A stretch of 64,000 nucleotides of DNA, from contig JACPJC010000003.1 of assembly GCA_016187745.1 (NCBI GenBank), positions 56,393 to 120,392 on the forward strand, in the 5' to 3' direction. This document shows positions 19,561 through 27,067 of this stretch, in pieces. Under the pieces are notes generated by a model. It was not told the origin of the DNA, made no database searches, and saw nothing but the letters and a program-made list of their open reading frames with translations. The position numbers and the translations under genes are program-made. Within the stretch, counting starts at the first letter, position 1. Every line of letters starts with the position of its first letter. This DNA comes from Candidatus Iainarchaeum sp. Its GTDB lineage: Archaea > Iainarchaeota > Iainarchaeia > Iainarchaeales > JAXPJC01.

Positions 19561-20049
19561 ATGCCATCAATTTTAATCGAAACAAAAAAGATTATTGGAT
19601 TAAATGACATAATTAGATTCCCTAATGTATCTGCTAGTGCTGCGGATCCTAGGTTTATTGCCTATGCGGATATTTATATTAATATAAATGGAAAAGAATT
19701 AAAAACAAAAAATAAAGTTACAGGTGATTGGTTGTGGTGGTTTTATTCTGAATTATTGAAATCATACTGTGATGCAATAGCAAAAGGTATTGGTATTTGC
19801 AATTTTACTGATTCTGCAGATCGTCTGATTCTGGAAAGAAAAGGTGGGGAGTTATTTCTTACTTTCAAATATGCCTATAAAAATAAAACTAATATCAAAA
19901 AAGAAAAATTAGAACTCATTTTATTTAGAGACTATATAACTGAAAAGGCTAGTAATTTTTATAATGATTTAATAAAATTGAATAAGAATATCAAGAACAA
20001 GGAGTTCATGAAACTTGGAAGTCTAATCAGAAAGGTTAAGAAATTATAG
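19561..20049 (+). CDS. putative cognate immunity protein
   Basis: Starts 4 nt after the toxin stop, with the AGGTGA SD overlapping that stop; AT-rich; 162 aa. Confidence 0.65.
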   Translation: MPSILIETKKIIGLNDIIRFPNVSASAADPRFIAYADIYININGKELKTKNKVTGDWLWWFYSELLKSYCDAIAKGIGICNFTDSADRLILERKGGELFLTFKYAYKNKTNIKKEKLELILFRDYITEKASNFYNDLIKLNKNIKNKEFMKLGSLIRKVKKL

Positions 20050-20196
20050 AGAAGCCCATGGGGGGATTTAAGCAAAACACTGCATATAACAGATTCAGAA
20101 ATTCGTAGAGTTATAGCTAACAGTGGATTGAAATACATTGATGAGGTCCAGATTGAAACTACCATGGATATAAAAATATTTTCAGTACCAAAATAA
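20050..20196 (+). pseudogene. orphan toxin C-terminal remnant 1 (no 5' start codon)
   Basis: Frame reads RSPWGDLSKTLHITDSEIRR...FSVPK*; GDLSKTLHI resembles GDLTQTLRI at the start of the main toxin tip (19218). Confidence 0.45.
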
Positions 20197-20212
20197 AAAG
20201 TAAATAAATGAT

Positions 20213-20920
20213 ATGGTGTATACAATGCATGAATTTTTAAAAGAAGGTTTTATAGGTAGTGATAGTCTAACTTCCTGGTCATTTGAATTAGGTAGAAAAG
20301 AAACGAGTGTAGGCGTGGCTAGCATATTAGATAACATATTACGCAAAAGGTTAAAGTTTTGCTATCCTTATAATGTAGAGATAGACCAAGCAGACTTCTC
20401 AATATTTATGAAACCAAATGATCCACCTTTAGGGAAAGTATTGGGAAAAAACAAAGCGGTAATGGATGCAATTAAAGAATTTACTGAAAACAATCCGCAA
20501 TCATATGGTGCCAGTATTGCTATTGACTGGTCCGTTAATCTCTATTTGAAGACTAATGAAACATATAAAAAAAGACTTGTTAAACCAGGAGAGTTTCAAA
20601 TACATAAAGGGACTCGTTATCCAGTTATTTTAACTATAAGTGATTCAGAATGGGTCCATTTTTATAATAACGCACAAATTTGGTTTCCTTGTGTATATAA
20701 ACATAATAATAATCTTGGACATGCTAAAAGAAACATACCTCTTTTAAACAAAGCTTTTAAAATGCTTGATAGAGAACTTGAACCAAAAGATATAGACTTT
20801 GAACCAAACGAATTCAATGGTGCAAAAGTTTTCAAACATGGATTAAAAATACAAAAAGGGGATTGTTGGTGTAAACGGACATCATCGTGGGAAAAACCTT
20901 TAATTTGGAAGACATTATAA
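20213..20920 (+). CDS. putative orphan immunity protein
   Basis: 235-aa AT-rich ORF directly after remnant 1. Confidence 0.55.
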   Translation: MVYTMHEFLKEGFIGSDSLTSWSFELGRKETSVGVASILDNILRKRLKFCYPYNVEIDQADFSIFMKPNDPPLGKVLGKNKAVMDAIKEFTENNPQSYGASIAIDWSVNLYLKTNETYKKRLVKPGEFQIHKGTRYPVILTISDSEWVHFYNNAQIWFPCVYKHNNNLGHAKRNIPLLNKAFKMLDRELEPKDIDFEPNEFNGAKVFKHGLKIQKGDCWCKRTSSWEKPLIWKTL

Positions 20921-20922
20921 AC

Positions 20923-21060
20923 ATGACTGAAGAAGAAAGAGAAATTGAGATTGTAACCATTGGTCCTAAAGATGGAATTGGTTTTGATAAGACCTTAGAT
21001 TATACTGAAAAAGAACTGGATGAATTATATAACACAATAAGTAAATGGTTAAGTGGTTAA
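20923..21060 (+). pseudogene. orphan toxin C-terminal remnant 2
   Basis: MTEEEREIEIVTIGPKDGIGFDKTLDYTEKELDELYNTISKWLSG*, clearly homologous to the end of 21525..21947; its stop is 1 nt before the next ATG. Confidence 0.6.
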
Positions 21061-21061
21061 T

Positions 21062-21520
21062 ATGGGTCAAGGCTACTATTTATATAAGGGGGCTGGCAAT
21101 GAACCAAGAGAAGACCGTAACGAATTTACATTGTTGGGCAAAGGAGAACCACGTTTTGGTGTTTCTTATGGTACTGGTGGGCAAGTTATCATAACTCTAG
21201 AAGAAAATGGTTGGGGTGCAAGTGTATTGAGAAAGATATATAAAATATGGGATAAAGAAGAAATTCAGAAACATACATCTGAAGAGCTAATGGCACATCT
21301 AAAAGAATGTAGTGATATAATTTTATCAGAAGACGAAATAAAGGAAGTAAAAGAGTACTGCAATACAATTATACCACAATTAGAAAAAAGAATAGAAGAA
21401 ATGGAAAGCAAAGGAGACTTCAAAACAGGTTACTTTGATGAGGCAGTTTTCTTCTTGAAGGGATTAAAAAATTTGTGTGAAAAGGCATTAGAAAGAAACC
21501 TGAAAATTAGGATATCTTAA
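21062..21520 (+). CDS. putative orphan immunity protein
   Basis: Acidic helical protein ending LKNLCEKALERNLKIRIS; translationally coupled to remnant 2. Confidence 0.6.
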   Translation: MGQGYYLYKGAGNEPREDRNEFTLLGKGEPRFGVSYGTGGQVIITLEENGWGASVLRKIYKIWDKEEIQKHTSEELMAHLKECSDIILSEDEIKEVKEYCNTIIPQLEKRIEEMESKGDFKTGYFDEAVFFLKGLKNLCEKALERNLKIRIS

Positions 21521-21524
21521 AGAC

Positions 21525-21947
21525 TTGCGACTAAATAAAAAGGACTTATTGCTTATGCCTGCATTTGAAGTTAAATTGAAGGATGCAACAACGGGGGAAA
21601 TAAAAATTGCAAGAGTTTCAAATTTTGTTACAAAAAATAATGAGATTGTTGCAATATACAATACTAAGAGTAAGTGTAACAAATCCGAGGCAAAGGCAGC
21701 CAAAGAAGAATTGGAAAATTTTATATCACTTATTAAGGCTTGGCAAAATAGCGAAACTGGAAAAGATTATACACTTGGAGCAGAAGGATTCAAAATAAAG
21801 GTTTCTGAAATAAACACTGATAAGATCAAACTTATAACAATAGGTCCAAAAGGTGGGAAGAAAGTAGGATTTGATAGGGAATTGGAATATACTGAAATGG
21901 AATTGGATGAATTATATAAGACACTTAAGTATGGGATGAAATCATAA
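21525..21947 (+). CDS. orphan toxin C-terminal fragment 3 (possibly nuclease-like)
   Basis: TTG start with no clear SD; C-terminus ITIGPKGGKKVGFDRELEYTEMELDELYKTL is homologous to remnant 2. Confidence 0.5.
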   Translation: MRLNKKDLLLMPAFEVKLKDATTGEIKIARVSNFVTKNNEIVAIYNTKSKCNKSEAKAAKEELENFISLIKAWQNSETGKDYTLGAEGFKIKVSEINTDKIKLITIGPKGGKKVGFDRELEYTEMELDELYKTLKYGMKS

Positions 21948-22230
21948 TCTTGATGCACTGAAACACTTTGTAGTGCCTAATCTCTTCAAAATAAAAGCAT
22001 GCTCCTCTGCAAAATCTGTGTAGTGCCTAAGTTTTGTGCGAATTCTGAACAAAAACGATAGCTATATTAATGAGAACAGCGTATAACTAATTGATTTTTT
22101 GGGTGAATGAAAAAAGATAATGTTGCTATCCTTTATTTTTCCAATTTCAATTAAATCGCCTCTCCCGGGCGCCTGTTTTTTTATTCCCAATCAATTTAAA
22201 TATATCCGCACAATAATTCTGTAGCGAAAT

Positions 22231-22384
22231 GCGGGGGTGGCCCAGCCTGGCTACGGCGAGAGCCTGCTACCGACCCTTTTCTTTTTAGAAAAAAGAAAAG
22301 TGTTAGGTTATCCCAAAAGAAAAACCTTATGGGCAATAAGCTCTTGGGCGAAAGCCCGCGCGAGTTCGAATCTCGCCCCCCGCG
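22231..22384 (+). tRNA. tRNA-Ser(GCT) with 69-nt intron at 37/38 (22270..22338)
   Basis: Acceptor GCGGGGG/CCCCCGC, anticodon stem AGAGC/GCTCT, GCT at 22266-68, long variable arm, GCGAG-TTCGAAT-CTCGC, discriminator G. Confidence 0.9.
22276..22325. repeat. hairpin + 19-mer repeat element inside the tRNA-Ser intron
   Basis: CTTTTCTTTTT-AGA-AAAAAGAAAAG then GTTATCCCAAAAGAAAAAC; same elements at 24292..24369. Confidence 0.8.
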
Positions 22385-22405
22385 CATTTGAATCTGTGGA
22401 AAAAC

Positions 22406-22960
22406 ATGCGCTATAAATTGCTGCTGGTCCTGCTGTTTGCGGTTGCGCTTTTCGCTGCAATCAGCGTCTTGCGCCCGATAGGGGAAGCCGGGCTGAAGAG
22501 CCAGACTGAAGTTCCGGAACAGCAGAAAGTTTCCGCTTACTTCTGCCCCGAGGACGACTGCAGCGGCAAATTGATTGATGCGATTGGTAGCGCTAAAACT
22601 TATGTGCACATTGCAATCTACTCCTTCACGCATAAGGGAATTGCAGATGCGCTTGTTTCAGCAAGGCTGCGCGGAGTGGAAGTGAAGGTCCTTTTTGACA
22701 GGCAGCAGGCGGGAAGCGAATTCAGCGTTGATGAAATTTTAAGCGAGGCGGGAATTGAGGTTAAGTATGATACGCTTTCGGGGTATATGCACGACAAATT
22801 CACGGTAATTGATGACAGGATTGCGACAACAGGCTCCTTTAATTACACAAGGAATGCTGATGCGAGAAATGCCGAAAACCTTGTAATAATGAATGCCGAG
22901 GATGTTGCAATGAAGTTTGAACTTGAATTCCAGAAGCTTTGGGAGAGCAGCGGAAGCTAA
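22406..22960 (+). CDS. secreted/membrane-anchored phospholipase D family nuclease (Nuc-like)
   Basis: N-terminal TM; single HKD motif MHDKFTVID, TGSFNYT, NAEN. Confidence 0.85.
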   Translation: MRYKLLLVLLFAVALFAAISVLRPIGEAGLKSQTEVPEQQKVSAYFCPEDDCSGKLIDAIGSAKTYVHIAIYSFTHKGIADALVSARLRGVEVKVLFDRQQAGSEFSVDEILSEAGIEVKYDTLSGYMHDKFTVIDDRIATTGSFNYTRNADARNAENLVIMNAEDVAMKFELEFQKLWESSGS

Positions 22961-24144
22961 AAAATCCTGACTTTTTTATATGCCCTGTCCGGCAGCCTGT
23001 TCACAATCCTTCTCGCATTCCTTATGTTCTTTACGGATTCCTCAAAATAGGGGTAGAACGCCCTTAATTTCAGGTCTTGCCTTTCCCTCGCAGGCCTGTA
23101 TTTGTACAGGTCAATTTCCAGCTTCCTGCTTCCGAGGATTTTTTCAGCCTTAATAAGCTCGCGCAGCGCACCATCCTTTGTCATCGTGCCCGCAAGCCCC
23201 CTTGCTATCGAATCAATTGAATAATTTTTCCTCCTGAAAAGCAGCCTCTCAAATGCGATTTTCTGCGCGGCATTGCGCAGCCCAAGCTCATTCATCAGCC
23301 CGAGGGAGAAAATGCGCGCATTTACGGCGCCTGCGGCCTGCGCAGCGGTTTTTCCCCTTGTGAATGGGATTCTCCGCATTTCCTTTCTCCTGCCCCCTGC
23401 ATAAATCGCATGTTTTCCAACATGCGCCCTTGTTTCCTTGCCTATCAGATGGACATTTTCCGGGGTAAACGGAGCGCCGACAACCCTTTTTGAGAGCGTG
23501 CGCTCGCCGAATATTGTTGCCCTGTTTCTCCCGGCCTCTTTTGAATGATAAAGCGCATTGTCCGCTGCTTCCGCCATCATATCATAAATTGTTTTTGGGC
23601 TGCCTTTCACAATTTCTGAAAATTTGCTTATTTTATAGCCGCGCCTGTCCTTTAACGGCTTATTTATTTCAGCAGCCTGCAGTCTCCTTACGGTTTCTGC
23701 GTCTGCAATTCCCGCGCTGAATGTGGGAAAGCTCACCTTGTAGAATTTCTTCCCGTTTGCAATGAAATTCCGCCTGAGCGCTTCATTGAATTCCGCAATT
23801 ACCCCCTCTGCCCGCTTTGCATCCATCGGAAGGAAAATCCTGAATTCCTCCCCCCCGAATCTTGAGGCCAGGGCGCCATGCTTTCTTGCAATCTCCGCCA
23901 TTGTTCTTGTGTATAATTCAATTACCCTGTCGCCCATGAAATGCCCCCTGATATCATTGAACTTTTTGAAATTGTCAATGTCAAGCATTACAAGGGAATG
24001 CGCGCCGCGCCTTCTCAGAAATGGCCTTGCCATCCTCACCAATTCGTTATCCCTGAGGACAAAAGGGAATTTCTCATCCATTATGCCTTTCGGGAGCTTT
24101 TTCCTTGGCCCCCTTGAAAGCTGCCTTATGCGCATAAGAAACAT
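22957..24144 (-). CDS. GGDEF-domain (diguanylate cyclase-like) protein
   Basis: MLDIDNFKKFNDIRGHFMGD, SRFGGEEF, TFSAGIA, ADNALYHSKEAGRNR. Confidence 0.88.
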   Translation of the reverse strand: MFLMRIRQLSRGPRKKLPKGIMDEKFPFVLRDNELVRMARPFLRRRGAHSLVMLDIDNFKKFNDIRGHFMGDRVIELYTRTMAEIARKHGALASRFGGEEFRIFLPMDAKRAEGVIAEFNEALRRNFIANGKKFYKVSFPTFSAGIADAETVRRLQAAEINKPLKDRRGYKISKFSEIVKGSPKTIYDMMAEAADNALYHSKEAGRNRATIFGERTLSKRVVGAPFTPENVHLIGKETRAHVGKHAIYAGGRRKEMRRIPFTRGKTAAQAAGAVNARIFSLGLMNELGLRNAAQKIAFERLLFRRKNYSIDSIARGLAGTMTKDGALRELIKAEKILGSRKLEIDLYKYRPARERQDLKLRAFYPYFEESVKNIRNARRIVNRLPDRAYKKVRIF

Positions 24145-24201
24145 TACGCAAACCGCATATAAAAATCTTTTTAATGTCTTGCTGGCTTATTTATTGCATA
24201 C

Positions 24202-24288
24202 GCGCGGGTTCCCAAGCGGTCTAAGGGGCAACGCTCAAGACGTTGTGGCTTAGTGCCTTCGGCGGTCCGAATCCGCCCCCGCGCACCA
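24202..24288 (+). tRNA. tRNA-Leu(CAA), CCA encoded
   Basis: Acceptor GCGCGGG/CCCGCGC, anticodon stem CAACG/CGTTG, CAA at 24236-38, long variable arm, T-loop TCCGAAT, ACCA end. Confidence 0.9.
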
Positions 24289-24291
24289 ATC

Positions 24292-24369
24292 CTTTCTTTT
24301 TTAGGAAAAAAGAAAGTCTGGGTTTTACCCAAAGAAAAAATAGTTTTGAAGTTATCCCAAAAGAAAAAC
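24292..24369. repeat. hairpin + 19-mer repeat element downstream of tRNA-Leu
   Basis: CTTTCTTTTTT-AGG-AAAAAAGAAAG, a degenerate TTTACCCAAAGAAAAA, then GTTATCCCAAAAGAAAAAC (24351-24369). Confidence 0.8.
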
Positions 24370-24381
24370 GGAAATGTGAAT

Positions 24382-24609
24382 ATGACCTGCTGGATGATGT
24401 ATCTGAATTATGTGCGCAAGCTGCTGAAAAATAAAATTACCAATGACGAGGCTGTGGAAATCCTCAGGGATATTGAGGGGCAGTTCGGGCATGACAAGGT
24501 TACGATAAAGGCTGTAATTGATGCGGAGAAGGAAAATCTCATAAAAAGGCTTGGGAAGAAAGAAAAAAAGAGAAAAGAGAGGGAAACCGCGCTTGCTTCT
24601 TATGCATAA
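24382..24609 (+). CDS. small hypothetical protein, possibly a disrupted gene
   Basis: Coding-like C-terminal part (NDEAVEILRDIE...); 5' end and frame ambiguous. Confidence 0.35.
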   Translation: MTCWMMYLNYVRKLLKNKITNDEAVEILRDIEGQFGHDKVTIKAVIDAEKENLIKRLGKKEKKRKERETALASYA

Positions 24610-24618
24610 ATGCTATTT

Positions 24619-26355
24619 TCAATCGTACTCAATTTCAAGGAATTTCGGGGAATTTTCAGCTTCAATTGCGATTGTTTTGGTAGGTTCAATGCTTGTGCTT
24701 TCCCCGTACATATCAGTAAGTGTAACTGATTTTGGAGTTTGGCTCAGGGCAATTGTATAATCCGCCTTCTTGCTGTCAAAATCAATTGTTTGCCCCGCAC
24801 GATATTCAAATGGCTTGAAGAAAATATATAATTCCTTTCCTGAATCTGAGGAGAATTTCTCAACCCATGCCTCATTTTCATTGTCGAATGCACCGCTGAT
24901 GTGCCCCACATAATTATATTTGTCCAATTTTGAAAAAAGGAGCGCTGCGCTTTCCACTGATTGCGGGGCGCTTCCATCCGGCCTGAGTGTTCCCCAGCGC
25001 CCCTCGCCTTCCTCGCTTCTGAGCCTTATTTTGAAGCTTATTACCCCTGAAAGGATTCCGTTTCCCGCGCTGTCCTGCAGCGTTTTCTTCAGTATCAGTT
25101 CCTGCAGGGTAAATGCCGCATCAATATCCTCATTTGTGAAAACTCCGCTTGCGCCGTCATAATTTTCCAGTCCAAATCCCCATGCGAATGCATTAACGTG
25201 CTCAGTGTCAATTATTCTCTTCGCGCTGAATCCGTTCATGTTCAGCAGCTCCCTTATTTCCAGCATTCCGGGAATTCCCGCATACTTGTTTGATGTTGGG
25301 ACTCTTGTTGGCGGATACAAATTAGTAATTCCCCCGCCTGATGTTGTCGGGTCTCCGCTCGGATATCCGTGGAACGCCCAGAAATCAAATTTCGCTCCGC
25401 TCGCGCTGTCTGCAAAGCCCTCTATCAAATTTGTTGATATGCCCTCATCCCTAACAGGGTCGTTCTGATATTCAAATCCGGGGGTTCCGACCTGAATTTC
25501 CGGATATTTTGCCTTTATCAGATCATACGCCTTCGCGTTTATTTCCGCGAGGTCCTTTCCTGCGTTCTCCCATGATGCGGTATGCGCCGGGGAGTTCTCA
25601 AATTCAACAAATTCTATATTTGCGCTTTCAGCATACTCATCCACAAACCAGAAATAGAAATTTGCAGCCCTTTCAATATAATCGCTGATGTCCTCGTTTG
25701 TTCCGCGCTTTTTGGGAGTGAGCATCGGAACCATGCTCCATTTGTTCTGCGAGAAGAATGCCGCAACCTCATCCAAATTCCCCCTGTCCTGGCATTTTGA
25801 AGGGGATGGAAGGCAAAGGTCTTTTGTATACTGCCCGTTCTCCAGCACCATATGTTCCTCCTTGAGCCTGTATTTCACATACGAGGTATTTATCACATTG
25901 TTTACAACATCAGCGGCATAATCCGCATTTGCTGCAGCCTCAACGCCCCATAGGAAGCCATCGGCATCGGTGCTGTAATCTCCGGTTGGAGAAATTTGCA
26001 CTGAACATTCATAGCCTCTTGTGCAATTGTTTTCATCGCGTATGGACTTCATGAAACCCCCGCGCTCTTTGCACTGCTCTTCAAGCTCCGGGGACGGCGA
26101 CACAACAGTTGGGCAGTTGACATCGCTTATGCAGTCCTCAGGGCAGATGCCTTTCTCCTTTTCAATTGCTCCGCAAATTCCATCTCCGCACTTTCCTTTT
26201 GCGCCGTTTCCCTGCTGTTCGCATTTCTGCTTTTCAATATCGCTTACCTTCCCGTCCTTGTTCAAGTCGCATTCATCATATGTGACGCAGCCGCTGAGAA
26301 GAATAAGCGCAGCCAGTACAAGCGCAATTCCCAAAACAATTATTTTCCTGTCCAT
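24619..26355 (-). CDS. lipoprotein-like secreted protein with clan GH-A-like TIM barrel
   Basis: LLSGC lipobox, DLNKDGKV EF/dockerin-like loop, CGDGIC..E...CPEDC repeat, EFENSP, FDFWAFHGY, IIDTE. Confidence 0.65.
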   Translation of the reverse strand: MDRKIIVLGIALVLAALILLSGCVTYDECDLNKDGKVSDIEKQKCEQQGNGAKGKCGDGICGAIEKEKGICPEDCISDVNCPTVVSPSPELEEQCKERGGFMKSIRDENNCTRGYECSVQISPTGDYSTDADGFLWGVEAAANADYAADVVNNVINTSYVKYRLKEEHMVLENGQYTKDLCLPSPSKCQDRGNLDEVAAFFSQNKWSMVPMLTPKKRGTNEDISDYIERAANFYFWFVDEYAESANIEFVEFENSPAHTASWENAGKDLAEINAKAYDLIKAKYPEIQVGTPGFEYQNDPVRDEGISTNLIEGFADSASGAKFDFWAFHGYPSGDPTTSGGGITNLYPPTRVPTSNKYAGIPGMLEIRELLNMNGFSAKRIIDTEHVNAFAWGFGLENYDGASGVFTNEDIDAAFTLQELILKKTLQDSAGNGILSGVISFKIRLRSEEGEGRWGTLRPDGSAPQSVESAALLFSKLDKYNYVGHISGAFDNENEAWVEKFSSDSGKELYIFFKPFEYRAGQTIDFDSKKADYTIALSQTPKSVTLTDMYGESTSIEPTKTIAIEAENSPKFLEIEYD

Positions 26356-26601
26356 GTGCCTTGTTCCAATATATAAATTAAGCATTATAAAAAGCTTTCC
26401 CTTTAATCAGAAAATAACTGCGCAATCGCCAGCAAAAACATTTATAAACACTTGGTGTTTGAATTTTTATATTGAGGTGAAGCCTGATGAAATTCTTTTA
26501 TGAAGAGGAAGAGGAAGAGTTCTAATTTTCTTGAAAGAGTGGAAAACCATAAGAAACTACGGGTTTCTTATTTTTTAATCTATTTGTCCATTTTATTTAC
26601 C

Positions 26602-27066
26602 ATGGCCGAGTTGCAAAACCTTTCGCTGAGGGAGGCGGAACTGCGGGATGCCGAGCAGATCCAGAGAAATATTTTTCCGAATAAAACGATTGAGCAGATA
26701 GAAAACAGGATAAATTCTGCGCACAAGAGGCGCATTGTTGCCGAATACAATAATGAAATAATCGGATATGCTGTTCTGGCATTCAGAACAGTTCCGCATG
26801 CGCATACTGCGCTGCTGCATTCGCTCTTTGTAAAAGAGAATTTCCGCAATGTTGGAATTGGAAGGGCAATTGTTGAATATGCAGAAAGGCTCGCGCTGCA
26901 GAATGGAATTGAAATCCTGCTGCTTGAGGCTGGCGCGGAGAATAAAAACGCGATACCGCTCTACAAAAAACTGGGCTTTGAGGAATATGGGCTGTTGAAG
27001 AACGGCTATAAAAAAGACGGCAATTACAAGGACCTTGCGCTGATGAAAAAATCTTTGGGGAAGTAA
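26602..27066 (+). CDS. GNAT family acetyltransferase
   Basis: LFVKENFRNVGIGRA (motif A), NKNAIPLYKKLGF. Confidence 0.9.
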   Translation: MAELQNLSLREAELRDAEQIQRNIFPNKTIEQIENRINSAHKRRIVAEYNNEIIGYAVLAFRTVPHAHTALLHSLFVKENFRNVGIGRAIVEYAERLALQNGIEILLLEAGAENKNAIPLYKKLGFEEYGLLKNGYKKDGNYKDLALMKKSLGK

Positions 27067-27067
27067 A

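Noticed and set aside
11500-22384. Toxin locus as a tRNA-Ser-integrated element
   Set aside because: It lies 5' of the tRNA, no duplicated tRNA end was found at the far side, and no integrase is present
22196-22633. 145-aa minus-strand ORF
   Set aside because: Antisense to tRNA-Ser and the PLD gene; shadow ORF
24243-24434. ORFs starting inside tRNA-Leu (24243, 24253), and a possible frameshift at the A-run near 24427 joining ...ELCAQAAE to NKITNDEAV...
   Set aside because: The starts overlap the tRNA and repeat element; the frameshift idea cannot be supported without homologues
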